Of a DNA stretch of 64,000 bases, positions 31,701 through 41,472 are shown in pieces; within the stretch, counting starts at the first letter, position 1, and each line of letters opens with the position of its first letter. A program made the translations under genes and the position numbers. A model generated the notes under the pieces. It had not been told where the DNA came from and did not search any database. It saw only the letters and a program-made list of their open reading frames with translations. The DNA comes from a virus: IMG/VR virus record IMGVR_UViG_3300024581_002845. The stretch is one strand, 5' to 3'.

Positions 31701-34409
31701 GATTAAGTGGTATGGTATATAGTGTGACGAACCAATTTCTCTAAAGAGGTTTGACATCCTAACCTTATTACCCCCTAATTTAATCTCCTGATCCAAATCA
31801 TAGAAAGGAAGGGAGTTTAATAAGAGATAAGATGATTTTGCATATTTACCCTTCGCATTTGATTGGAAGAAATCTTCATATACCGCCTTATGGAAATAAG
31901 GGGTATTAATCATACTTGTTGTGTTCCCATCGATATTCACGTTGGTGAACATATTACTATGGTAGACAGTGTTAACCCATTCTTTCGGTTTTATTGGTGA
32001 TGATATGAATCCATTAGATGTGTCAACAACAAACGTATCTTTAATATTTAAATCTCCTTTAGTGAGTGTTGTTTTACCTATATATCCCAAGTATTCCTGA
32101 GAATTATATGGGTACATATTTACCCTATAATCCTCTACTTCATAATTAAGTAAGTCACTACTTAGTTTTGGGTATTGATCGTCTAAAGTATTACTGTCAG
32201 GACCCCCATATTCATCTAAAGTAAATGATTCATTAATCCCGTCTCTCATGTATGGGATTGTAGGGATACCATCTTCATAATATGGATATCTTTCGAAGGG
32301 TGAGAAACCTTGTAAGTACTCTTTTAGTTTCCCAACCGTAGTTACTTCTCGTAGTACATCGACAATGAAATAATCTTCCTTTACCCTTTCATTCAATGTA
32401 TTAAACTCATGTTTTGCCAATTCAGGTAAAACAGTGTCTTTAGTAAAAGTATCGAAAAGAGTCATGTACCTCGCTCTTTCCATAATTTCGTAAATGACGG
32501 ATGCAAATATTTTATCTGTGTATGGGAAATAATCCGTTAGTGTATTAAACGTAGATATGTTTTTAATCTGATTTTCATCCGACGCAGAACTATCAAACGT
32601 AAAAGTTGTCTTATCGAAAGTTCTTTCCTTTTCCGCTAAATTGTCTGTTATTTGTTGTGAGACCGCCATGTACTCCTCAACAAATTCAACCTCAGGCCAT
32701 AACGTTGCATTATCCGAATTTAATTTTCTAATTAAATCCTGTTCCGCAGGATATGCAAGAACCTTAGTAGAGTCCGCACTTTGTTTTTTGACTTCAGGCC
32801 ACGGATAAATTGCACCTTCCTCAGTTGATTCATTACTAAATCCAACTAATAGATCCCTTCTCGTGTCTCTGACATTGTATGCTCTGAAGTGAACATTACT
32901 CATCAACCTGACATAAGTATCGGCACCCGCCAAAATAACACCAAAGATGTTTCGTATTGTTGGTTCAAAACCAAGACCCCCATTACCACTACTCTTTATA
33001 ATGGTATTCATTGTTTCCTCTACCTTGTCTTGTAATCTTTTCTTTTCCTTATTAAATGAAGACGCAATTTCTGATATATCATCAAAGATTTGACCCATTG
33101 ATACCCCTATCTTACCGTTTAAATCTGTTTTATAATACAGACTAACATCACTTACAGGATTTCGGAGATTAACATTGAAATTGTTAAACTTATTTTTATT
33201 TGATTTACTTCTTAATAAGTCGGTTATCGCCTGTTGTATCTTTTTTAATTCTTTAGATTTTGATTTTAGTATGGACTCCAATGTCCCGCCTGTATCACCA
33301 ACAATTGTTTTAGTGTTACCTCCAACCTGTTTATTCAAAAAGTAAAATGGTATGGTACCAACTAATTGGTATTCTTTAGTGACATTCGTTGTTCCCCACG
33401 ATTGTACAGTAGATGCAAAATCAACTATCTTATCATCAAACTCCTTTACCAATCCAAAAAGTTTCATATCCACAATACCATTTTCCCCAAAAATTTCTTT
33501 TTCAAGTAATTGGTCAAGTCTATTCGCCTTTGCAATCAACTCTCTTAGTGTCGGATTAACATTTTCAGGTATTGTTATCAAACCTTTTCTTCTATATTCT
33601 TGATAAACAGATAACATAGTTTGGTATCCCCTTGACGATTTAGAAAGTTTGATTTCGGTTTCTCCTGTGTCTTCATTTGTTTTACCCTTAGTTGGTATTT
33701 CAATACCATACATATAGGGGGCATTTAAAACAGATGTTAAGGATATGTCATTAAGATATGCGTAGGTTGATCCCACGAATTTGGCGTTACTCTCAAAGTT
33801 TCCGTTTGAATCGTTGTATGAGGTATTAAAACTAACTAAGTGTAGTCTGTACCTTACCGCCTTCCCATAAAAACCTTTAACGGTTAGATAGAAAACAGGC
33901 CATGGGATGTGGAAAAACGCACCGTAAGGTGATTGTTTAGGTGCATCAAAAAGGACTTTACCCCTTACATCAACAAAATTAATGTTGACATATGGTATAA
34001 AGTTTGCACCCTTAACCTCTATTTGGACACTTGTCATTCCAAAAGACTGACCACTTTGGTCTATATCTTTTAGTCGATTACCATTATCGTCTCTTCGACC
34101 TGAATTTTGGTTAGTGTATAGATCTGTCCACGAAGTGTCTAAGTATTCACCATTTTTATTCTGTAAAAGATTCAGTGTTCCCTTCGCAATCGAAGTTAGT
34201 GTTCCCCCTCCATTATTTGAACTATTAAGTGACGTTCTTGGGATGAGGTCTGCTTCGAGATTTACATAGTAGACAAAGTTTTCTGCGTTTGTTCCACGAG
34301 GTTCTACTATCCCATTATTAACAACGGAATTAGGGTCAACAAAAATCAGATTGTTCTGATCGACCTTAACTAAAATGTTTTCATTTTCTGTGGAATCAGT
34401 CCTCGCCAT
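28785..34409 (-). CDS. Giant baseplate hub-like protein (1874 aa)
   Basis: Follows the tape measure, tube-initiator and LysM-like genes. N-terminal INFVDVRG..LF...FF..PWPVFYLTVKGFYG; C-terminal CSVEMMGDVMIQPTMYFQL...GAYWIVEVSHRI...TTSFTG is typical of gp27/gpD-like hubs. Confidence 0.7.
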   Translation of the reverse strand: MARTDSTENENILVKVDQNNLIFVDPNSVVNNGIVEPRGTNAENFVYYVNLEADLIPRTSLNSSNNGGGTLTSIAKGTLNLLQNKNGEYLDTSWTDLYTNQNSGRRDDNGNRLKDIDQSGQSFGMTSVQIEVKGANFIPYVNINFVDVRGKVLFDAPKQSPYGAFFHIPWPVFYLTVKGFYGKAVRYRLHLVSFNTSYNDSNGNFESNAKFVGSTYAYLNDISLTSVLNAPYMYGIEIPTKGKTNEDTGETEIKLSKSSRGYQTMLSVYQEYRRKGLITIPENVNPTLRELIAKANRLDQLLEKEIFGENGIVDMKLFGLVKEFDDKIVDFASTVQSWGTTNVTKEYQLVGTIPFYFLNKQVGGNTKTIVGDTGGTLESILKSKSKELKKIQQAITDLLRSKSNKNKFNNFNVNLRNPVSDVSLYYKTDLNGKIGVSMGQIFDDISEIASSFNKEKKRLQDKVEETMNTIIKSSGNGGLGFEPTIRNIFGVILAGADTYVRLMSNVHFRAYNVRDTRRDLLVGFSNESTEEGAIYPWPEVKKQSADSTKVLAYPAEQDLIRKLNSDNATLWPEVEFVEEYMAVSQQITDNLAEKERTFDKTTFTFDSSASDENQIKNISTFNTLTDYFPYTDKIFASVIYEIMERARYMTLFDTFTKDTVLPELAKHEFNTLNERVKEDYFIVDVLREVTTVGKLKEYLQGFSPFERYPYYEDGIPTIPYMRDGINESFTLDEYGGPDSNTLDDQYPKLSSDLLNYEVEDYRVNMYPYNSQEYLGYIGKTTLTKGDLNIKDTFVVDTSNGFISSPIKPKEWVNTVYHSNMFTNVNIDGNTTSMINTPYFHKAVYEDFFQSNAKGKYAKSSYLLLNSLPFYDLDQEIKLGGNKVRMSNLFREIGSSHYIPYHLILKWGSIYHRYKKYILEGVDIMDNITTQIDGGEYFDNNLNLTFTGITRSNQTDIGLHPYYSSIYHQVVNGYLYYDVTDTTSNSFENSITNNILKVRSFKVGDFNYYNSFVDNSRYDVDDKRYTILPSHGQKIRVSSVNGQYPYSTDFGIGEQFNFNVDWVEEHKDEFQFDTVTFPSYNQKLVSTNNTISIESNTKKVIDLIATFDPYILDEFESAFLEFSTEVVDTQVDLSRYPNMTYNRFQNLLKELVTVEKVDGDDLTNLETVERAISNRQEKKQTTITSNILSGNNLMKLTITNPKELNLEKLNSYVGVSERTVNGEFNVSQLTNNTKYIELYLGEDMDGYYQEFFSVSNIELSEDNVLSHRQIIQTYAGWRQSGEQPSRTNFEEYLRTEILVPHEERLSMFLNRLLSRMSGLERVQDRNNNLGIIKSFGQDPLKLEVYNNFKLFNDRWTAGNSLGQRLIMEEFLFLDKANRDIGNDLFFDVKKLIPLGMPESQNLRLYNAISQLLSRNNLDIRPLPSYVNFYGNDTRRGKTKTSSDVASLLFGKFLDVDVEYSLPKIIIQYVGKPSSHVDASSINKDYKFKNDTFNVGGTNDNPVLITDPNYFEREDIKNSNKVVAFEVSFGDQNQGIFKSIKLDQSQFKSTFESNLAIENTARSESGSGITQVDTQLYDIYKTRSYSCSVEMMGDVMIQPTMYFQLKNVPLFEGAYWIVEVSHRIENNNITTSFTGVRMPKDGLPNPKDSFSASYRILYDKIMNSALAKIKAQTELASDKDITNGPKLKETITIPGEVKTSDSGVTEFAVPFNGYNGNQTIEKVKYKGQIWYKTRVTKINENTPNTLALPLLITNSGRLVNPSNMKYTNITPNSNYYYFLDFDKKKVQTGNIPEDLVFNCKTDFKNPLNGRTKTVDSNAQLNIAVGDPYIEGPVDVNSVTISDSSGTKVITGMGMSPKLMKDLRLQEGDVVYFDIRQ

Positions 34410-34722
34410 AATATAAGTTGTACAACTCTACCGCCTTTTTATATTCTTGTAAAGTAGCGACTAAAGGGAATGGTATTCTTAAAACAAAATTATTGGGTAT
34501 CTCAAACTCAATACTTCCCGCATTTGGATTTGCTTGTAAAATCAACCACCCAAAAACAGGACTCCCATAATACTCCTGAGATATCTTATCTAATCTATCC
34601 TTTCCTTTTTTGTATTGTACATACTTATCTGTCGATCTGATTGGAATCTCAATACCCGGTACTATTTTAAAGTCACCATCAGTCTCGAAAAACTCGTATC
34701 TGTTGAAATATTCTCTACTCAT
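34396..34722 (-). CDS. LysM-like baseplate protein (tail X / T4 gp53-like)
   Basis: KGKDRLDKISQEYYGSPVFGWLILQANP...LRIP. Confidence 0.85.
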   Translation of the reverse strand: MSREYFNRYEFFETDGDFKIVPGIEIPIRSTDKYVQYKKGKDRLDKISQEYYGSPVFGWLILQANPNAGSIEFEIPNNFVLRIPFPLVATLQEYKKAVELYNLYYGED

Positions 34723-37700
34723 GGTTTATAGAAATTTAATTTAGTACCAAGTGTTACTTTACTTGAATGTACTTTTATCAATTCATCAAGTTGTGTGGAT
34801 GGTGATGATATTTCAATCTCATCCACGACACCGAACGACGACGGAGATTCATTCTTTTTCGGTTTAAACTTCTTAAGTCTAATTCTCTCTTCTTTCGTTT
34901 CTTCAAAGAAGTTATCGATTTTCTTAGAGATTTTGTTAAAAATCTTTTGTGGGAATATCGTTGTATCTTCTTTATAAATGTTCTTAATCTCCTCCTCTTT
35001 TCCGTATAATAATACAGATAAAATTTCACTTAGTGTAGTGATGCTCATATTCCCAAGTGAAGTAAAATCTACTGATGTATCTAAGTCTTTTTCGAACTCG
35101 TCATAATTTTTATCGAAGTAGTCAATTATGTGATCATATTGTTCATATAAAGAACTGAAAGTAAATCCTGATAAATCCGCTTGTGTCCCGTTACCATCAT
35201 CAATTTTACCATCACTAACGTATTTTGTGAGGTAGTTTAGTTTATCTAAACTCGATATAATTTTATTTCTTTTAGAGGCAAGATCTTTTAAAGATGATAA
35301 TGAGATTAATTCATCTAACTTACTCTCAACCAACTCAGTTAATTTTTCCCTTAAGATGTAGTTTGATCTTTCCAACTTATCCGATGAAAGGAACCTGTCA
35401 AATTTCATCATAGTAGAAACATCCAAATCATTAATTGCCGCATTAAGTTTTGCTTTGGTGTCATTAACCATGAAATCAAAACTGTTCCTTATTGGATCAA
35501 ATTCACCAAACATAGTTATCTCTCTTGTACTTGTATTTGTTGTATACACATCATACTTGTTTATCGACCTGTAATTAGGTGAAAAAACTAATGAATGTAC
35601 TTGTGGTCCAAAAGATGTTAAAACGTCGTTATATGTCGTCTTATAGGTTTCAAAGTATCCCTCGACATCATCCAAAGATGAAATGAGTTCTCCGTAAGAA
35701 AGTTCCTCTCCCGATCCACCTATGTATTTTCCTTGTGTTATTTCGTTTTCGCTTCCTATTTGTTGTTGGTTGGGTGTTTGACTTGACGGTCCGGCCTTCT
35801 GTAAACTCTCTAAAAATTCTTTAGTAAATTCTTCTGCGTCTTGACCATCGATCGTACTATTAGTACTTACAGATCTTGGGTCATACATTTCTGTGTTTGC
35901 GAAGAAATTAGATGATAATGCGTTCTGTAATCTTTCAACAGGTTTTTCAAGTCCTTGACCACCAATAAAGTTAACCTGCATCGTAACATTTGCAATCATT
36001 GGTTGTACCCCAATACCTTCAGGATTCATATCCCACACACCATCATCATAATTGATGTTTACATCTCTCACAACAATTTTAGAGTGATAGAAATCACCAA
36101 TCCTTACCACACAAATCGGTGGTGGCCCAAAACTTGTATTCCTTGCGTTTATGTCATTATTATCCGCAATACCTTTTAATGGTATGGTATCACCCGGTCT
36201 AACACATTGTAATAAGAAAGTTAGTCTTGAGTTAAGACCTTCAGGTGTTGTTGAGTGAAATGCGGGATGGAAATATTTTAATTTCTCTGTTAAACTTTTA
36301 AATGTTACAGGTGAATCTTCCTCCATTACTTTGAAATAATAACACTCAGACAATGTCTTCATGATTATCTTTTTCATTTCATCAATACGAGGTTTCTGTT
36401 TCGGTGGTGTGATTGGGTCAGGAGTTACTTTAACTCTAATCTTATCTTCAATATCAGGTATAACATCTGCGGGTTTCACATCGAACTGAACTATCCCGTG
36501 TCTACAGTAGAATGTGGGTGGTGCAGTTCTTTTTAGTGGGCTATTTGATTGGATTTCATCTGTGTGACAATCAATGTTAACATCTCCACCACCAAATGTA
36601 CTTTCATTGGTAGTTGCATTTTCTCCCACACCCTTATATAGTACACTTAAAGACCCTTCCACGCCTTCGTATCCAAGTTTCTCAAACGTATATGTCGTAC
36701 CCCCCGATACCACTTCAGTACCTGAGGGTGGTGTTGTGGTAGTAAAATCAATATTAGTTGTTTTTTTAGCTATCCTACTTACAACATCTTTATATATACT
36801 ATGCGCCCTCCTAAGTGATAATTTTACGTTATAATCATCTCCCGCAATTGAAGAGGTACTCGAAAATATTTGTACCTTAATATCTTTAATTTCACCTTTC
36901 TCTATCCTTGAAACAAGTTCGTCTGTTTTATCTGTATAACTCTTATAATCCTTTTTTAAGGTATTGTATGCACTTTCGATTTTACTTTTAACAAGTTGAT
37001 AATCGTCTGTTGTTCCTGTAACGTCAGTTCTACCAAATATTACCTTTTTATCGTTTTTCTTGGCGGCATTTTCACCACCCGAGAAAAGAAGATTTAAACC
37101 ATTGTCTAAATCTTTAAAATATGTCCCATTGGATTGGTCAATGTTACCATTCCCATCCTCAAACATATTTTTATAATTTTCATATTCCTGTTCGTATGTC
37201 GTTGGTGATTGAACCTGACTATTTCCTATCCTTGGGAAATCATTAGGGAAATATAAATTCATTTTAACCGGTGCCTCAGGTTCTTGTGATATCGGACTTG
37301 TGTCGGGTTTATCTTCACCCAAATCTTCCGTCTCGATCTTATATTTTAGTATCTCCTCTTGATCGTTACCACCTTCTAACCACCTTTTAATACTACTAAG
37401 GTCGTCTTTTGTTAATGTGGTGTATGTTCTAATTAACGAATAAAAGTCAACTTCCTCACATCCCGCAAAAAATGCGTTGATATAATTCTCAGATTCCTCA
37501 TCGGACATCCCTTTGAATACTTTTTGCACCAATAAGTTTAATATACTTGGGTGGTCAACAACCACCTTGAAAGATATCTGACCCGACCTCTCTGTTTGTT
37601 GATAGGTATATATTGGTTCAGGTCTTCCTAAGAATGTATTCGTTTCCCATCTCGCATTGTTCTGTTCATTTACTTTAATGTCGTATGGTGGGAACCACAT

Positions 37701-39434
37701 TACTCTACCACCATTAGGTCCTCTTTCACAATATGGTAAATCACTATATGTATAACCCGGTAGTGTTGATGTCTTCCACGCTAAGTTCTCAATAGAGAAC
37801 ATGTATTTTTTAGCGACATAGGAATCACCTTGTTTAACAATATTTGTCGATCCCTCGAAAGAACCTTGACCATTGGACATTGGAGCAATGTTCAGGTTCC
37901 ATGGTTTTGTCATTACACTCGAATCGAACTTTCTAATATTACCCGTTCTCTTCATTGTGTCAGACATATTCATGTATGGATCATCTTTTGTCCAAACCCT
38001 ACAATATTCAACACCCGTTTCTTGACCATATTTATCAACATACTTGACCGCAGAACCTCGAGATATCATTGTATTACCCTCTCTAAAAATTCTACTCGTT
38101 TGATCAATTGCGTTTGCAACGTGTGATCTTGCTGCACCACCATCAGATGGCATAGTCTCAATTAACTCTTGGGTTTTACCCATGATAGAATCACTTCTGA
38201 AATTGTATCTTGTGGAAAGACTATCTTCTAATTGAGATCTTTCAAGATTATATTCCGCATTACCCTCACCTAATTTATTTTGTGATTTGGTACTGTACCA
38301 TGTTAAATTACCACCTATGGGTCCTCCCTGAGTGATCGGTCTTTGTCTTTCAAATAACTGAGTCTGAACAGGATCAAACATTAAACTTAGATAGTAACTA
38401 CTTCTTACGATGTTGTCGTTGAAGTCCCCCATCGCATATTTAACGTCTTCACCTCTATCATCACCTATATATGCCCCTTGAGTTGGTGCCCCTAATCCAA
38501 GGACATCATTGATTGCATCCCCAATTACATTAGGGAAATTAAATAATTTTGATGATTGTTGCGACCTCGCCGATTTAGAGTAGTCAGGTGCATATCTTGA
38601 AAATCTTAAATTATCAAATAAAACATCTTTTTGTCCTGATCCCATATAATCTATCATTAGATCAGATGGTTTAGCACTCAATTTAGGTCTTCTTTGAATA
38701 CCAATTAATGAACCTAATACCCCCGTTACATCCTGTATAATCTGTCCCGCAGTTGTTTGTGCTTCAGGTCTATAATTAATAGGATTCGCAGGGTTACTTA
38801 GATAGTCACCCGGTATTTCACTCCACGGGAATTCAACTCCCGCAACAGTCTGTAAAAAATCAATTGCTTTACCCGGTAAGGTTTTTGCAACTGTGATTTT
38901 ATAATTCTTTTCTACTAAACTTTCTTTACCTGTGATAAGGTTTATTGCCGTTGCAGTGTTACCCTCTAAGGCATCTATGAGTCTTACTCTACCATATGTT
39001 GCCGCGACTAAGTTCTGTGTGATTCTTGCAAGTACGGGTCCTTGTTCGTTTTCCCTAATATGTCTTGCAGCGAACTTCATCATATTCGACTCCTGATCAT
39101 AGTTGTCAGTAGTCATAATACTAATGAAATTACCATATGAACCTTGTGTGAAATAAGGATATAAACCAAGATCCTCAAGTCTTGTTAAATCTCTAAGTGT
39201 TTCAACCGTATCGAAATTATCTGCAGTAAAAGTATTCCTTGTATCAGGAATTGCGAGATACGTTTGTAGGTTAGTATCTACCTCACCGGGATCAATATTG
39301 GGTTGGTCTCTTAAGTTTTCTACAGAATATGCCGAAGACGTGAATGTTTGGGGACCGTTTGGTTGTTGTAAGGTCCTCGCCAAAATACTATCTCTGAACT
39401 GTGACGTTGAATCGAAATCTAAATAACTCGGCAT
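34719..39434 (-). CDS. Tail tube initiator-like baseplate protein (1571 aa) with inserted OmpA-like domain
   Basis: WETNTFLGRPEPIYTYQQTERSGQISF and FGPPPICVVRIGDFYHSKIV..VNINYD...WD..PE tube-initiator motifs; internal YNVKLSLRRAHSI. Confidence 0.72.
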   Translation of the reverse strand: MPSYLDFDSTSQFRDSILARTLQQPNGPQTFTSSAYSVENLRDQPNIDPGEVDTNLQTYLAIPDTRNTFTADNFDTVETLRDLTRLEDLGLYPYFTQGSYGNFISIMTTDNYDQESNMMKFAARHIRENEQGPVLARITQNLVAATYGRVRLIDALEGNTATAINLITGKESLVEKNYKITVAKTLPGKAIDFLQTVAGVEFPWSEIPGDYLSNPANPINYRPEAQTTAGQIIQDVTGVLGSLIGIQRRPKLSAKPSDLMIDYMGSGQKDVLFDNLRFSRYAPDYSKSARSQQSSKLFNFPNVIGDAINDVLGLGAPTQGAYIGDDRGEDVKYAMGDFNDNIVRSSYYLSLMFDPVQTQLFERQRPITQGGPIGGNLTWYSTKSQNKLGEGNAEYNLERSQLEDSLSTRYNFRSDSIMGKTQELIETMPSDGGAARSHVANAIDQTSRIFREGNTMISRGSAVKYVDKYGQETGVEYCRVWTKDDPYMNMSDTMKRTGNIRKFDSSVMTKPWNLNIAPMSNGQGSFEGSTNIVKQGDSYVAKKYMFSIENLAWKTSTLPGYTYSDLPYCERGPNGGRVMWFPPYDIKVNEQNNARWETNTFLGRPEPIYTYQQTERSGQISFKVVVDHPSILNLLVQKVFKGMSDEESENYINAFFAGCEEVDFYSLIRTYTTLTKDDLSSIKRWLEGGNDQEEILKYKIETEDLGEDKPDTSPISQEPEAPVKMNLYFPNDFPRIGNSQVQSPTTYEQEYENYKNMFEDGNGNIDQSNGTYFKDLDNGLNLLFSGGENAAKKNDKKVIFGRTDVTGTTDDYQLVKSKIESAYNTLKKDYKSYTDKTDELVSRIEKGEIKDIKVQIFSSTSSIAGDDYNVKLSLRRAHSIYKDVVSRIAKKTTNIDFTTTTPPSGTEVVSGGTTYTFEKLGYEGVEGSLSVLYKGVGENATTNESTFGGGDVNIDCHTDEIQSNSPLKRTAPPTFYCRHGIVQFDVKPADVIPDIEDKIRVKVTPDPITPPKQKPRIDEMKKIIMKTLSECYYFKVMEEDSPVTFKSLTEKLKYFHPAFHSTTPEGLNSRLTFLLQCVRPGDTIPLKGIADNNDINARNTSFGPPPICVVRIGDFYHSKIVVRDVNINYDDGVWDMNPEGIGVQPMIANVTMQVNFIGGQGLEKPVERLQNALSSNFFANTEMYDPRSVSTNSTIDGQDAEEFTKEFLESLQKAGPSSQTPNQQQIGSENEITQGKYIGGSGEELSYGELISSLDDVEGYFETYKTTYNDVLTSFGPQVHSLVFSPNYRSINKYDVYTTNTSTREITMFGEFDPIRNSFDFMVNDTKAKLNAAINDLDVSTMMKFDRFLSSDKLERSNYILREKLTELVESKLDELISLSSLKDLASKRNKIISSLDKLNYLTKYVSDGKIDDGNGTQADLSGFTFSSLYEQYDHIIDYFDKNYDEFEKDLDTSVDFTSLGNMSITTLSEILSVLLYGKEEEIKNIYKEDTTIFPQKIFNKISKKIDNFFEETKEERIRLKKFKPKKNESPSSFGVVDEIEISSPSTQLDELIKVHSSKVTLGTKLNFYKP

Positions 39435-39476
39435 ATTATCTTTTTTATATAAATAGATTAATGTGTAAATCCATCA

Positions 39477-41300
39477 TTAATTATTTGATGTGTATGACCT
39501 ACTATTGTCAACTATCCACTGTTCAGGATTTAATGTCCATTGTTTTTGGAAAGAACCTACGACTTGGTCACTTTTTACATTGTGTTCATGGATAACTTTC
39601 GTTGTTGTTTGAGTTGTTGTTCCCTGAACTTGTTTTCTTCTTTCTTCTTGTTCTTTTATTTGTTCAGTGGTTCCTAATTTATCTTGGATTTTTCGAATCA
39701 CCGCACTTCCTTCAAGACCAAAACTCTCTACTAATTTATCGGTACTCATACCAATAATATCACTTATGTTTTGTCCCGTGTCCTTAGCATCTATCCCAAC
39801 TAACTTTTCAATTTGATTGTCCGCAACACCCGCAGCCCTTAATCTCGCTAAGGTTACTAAGTAATTAACATCTCTATTAATGTTCTCAACCGCGGTTGCT
39901 TGTCTTCTAACAATTTCACCTTCGGACATTTCTTTAAACTCGTCTTGGTATTTGAGTAGTGTTTTAGCAACACTTTGATCGATCTTATCTAATGATATTG
40001 CAGTTGCACCACCAAACTGTTTTTGTAATTCAGGACTTGTAAGTGCAATACTCATCTTACCATCCTTCATTCTGGCAATGTTGGTTAAGAATTCTTCTTG
40101 TTCCTCACTTAATCCTAAACCTGACATCATCTGACTCGCCTGCATTCTTTCCTGTTGTGCAATTGCAGTCTGAGTAAGGTCTTTGACATCCATATTCAAC
40201 GCTTTCGCAATATCCCTTGCTTGTCTAAGGTTCGCCCCCGTCACTTCGAACGCACCGGTCTCAGTATTATAGGTTGCTAAATTTTTGGAAACCCCTTCTA
40301 ATGCACCTTGTAATCCCTCAACCTCATTGGTTGCCATATACATTAACCTAAGTGGATCATTAAAATCACCAAAGGCGGCACCTAAAACTTGTAGGTTTGC
40401 GGATAGTTCTAACGCACCTTCGGGATCAAATACCTGATCGGCCACTTTAAATACATCTTGTAGGTTCATTCTAACCTCAGTGGCCCTACGAACCATCTTT
40501 TCTAACCCCTCAACACTATTTTGAAATCCGTACTGATTTAATTTTTCTATATTCTCAGTAATACCTTTAATGGTGGTTTTAGACTGAAGTCCTAATTCTA
40601 ACGATCTTTCACCCGCATCTGCAATAGATTCTTGTGCCTGTGATGCCCCTATACCAACCTTTTCAAATTCCGCGTATGAACCAACTATTTCTGTCATATC
40701 CATACCGTATGCTTGTGCTATTTCACCCGCACGTACTAACATATCAGCACCAACTAAGGCAAACCTACCTGTAGTGTCCACTAATTCCTTTGCGGAGTCA
40801 ACTAATTCATCAAAAGGAACCCCCAACCTTATAAGTGCGGGTTGGGCTCTTGTGATTTCTTCCCTAAACTCTTCTGATAGTGTCCCTGTTAAACCTAACT
40901 TTTCATTAACTTCAGTTAATAGGTAACTTTGTTCCGCGGCGTAGTCAGCAACCGCCTTAGTTCCAAGTTCCGCAAGGACAGTACCGATTTTTTCTATTAT
41001 ATTACCACTCTTCTGAGTAGTTATAGCATTTACGGTATCCATTAGATAATCAGGACCTTGAGGTGCTGATGTTTGTCTGAGACCCCCTTTTAATATGTTA
41101 CCGATCCCATCCAAGAAAGTTTCCCCAAACCCTTTACCAAGGTTATTATTTGAATCACCACTACCACTACCACTACTACCACTATCGTTTTGGTTTGATA
41201 GTTTTTGTATGATATTCTTATTACTTCGTTTCCACGAATCGTAATCTGCGGCGTCTCCGCCGGTGGATTCATAAAGTTTCCTTAGATCTCTCTCATTCAT
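39477..41300 (-). CDS. Tape measure protein (607 aa)
   Basis: Helical Ala/Gln/Glu-rich sequence directly downstream of the tube and chaperone genes. Confidence 0.75.
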   Translation of the reverse strand: MNERDLRKLYESTGGDAADYDSWKRSNKNIIQKLSNQNDSGSSGSGSGDSNNNLGKGFGETFLDGIGNILKGGLRQTSAPQGPDYLMDTVNAITTQKSGNIIEKIGTVLAELGTKAVADYAAEQSYLLTEVNEKLGLTGTLSEEFREEITRAQPALIRLGVPFDELVDSAKELVDTTGRFALVGADMLVRAGEIAQAYGMDMTEIVGSYAEFEKVGIGASQAQESIADAGERSLELGLQSKTTIKGITENIEKLNQYGFQNSVEGLEKMVRRATEVRMNLQDVFKVADQVFDPEGALELSANLQVLGAAFGDFNDPLRLMYMATNEVEGLQGALEGVSKNLATYNTETGAFEVTGANLRQARDIAKALNMDVKDLTQTAIAQQERMQASQMMSGLGLSEEQEEFLTNIARMKDGKMSIALTSPELQKQFGGATAISLDKIDQSVAKTLLKYQDEFKEMSEGEIVRRQATAVENINRDVNYLVTLARLRAAGVADNQIEKLVGIDAKDTGQNISDIIGMSTDKLVESFGLEGSAVIRKIQDKLGTTEQIKEQEERRKQVQGTTTQTTTKVIHEHNVKSDQVVGSFQKQWTLNPEQWIVDNSRSYTSNN

Positions 41301-41313
41301 ACTATATAAATAC

Positions 41314-41472
41314 CTAATCAGAAGGTTTTTCCAACTCGATAATTCGTTCTACATAGTATCTCCTTAAATAAGTGGGCATCTCAAGAACATCCCTGTGGGT
41401 AAACCCCTTTTTAACTAAGAAAATGATTTCAGTATACTGCGCGCTTTTATAGTCCGTAGAAAGGGCGAAAAA
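41314..41472 (-). CDS. Tail assembly chaperone C-terminal extension (gp51/gpT-like), probably reached by frameshift
   Basis: Not in the ORF track. The +1 frame relative to 41447..42205 reads FFALSTDYKSAQYTEIIFLVKKGFTHRDVLEMPTYLRRYYVERIIELEKPSD*, has no ATG at its 5' end and fills the gap to the tape measure gene. Confidence 0.75.
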   Translation of the reverse strand, partial: FFALSTDYKSAQYTEIIFLVKKGFTHRDVLEMPTYLRRYYVERIIELEKPSD

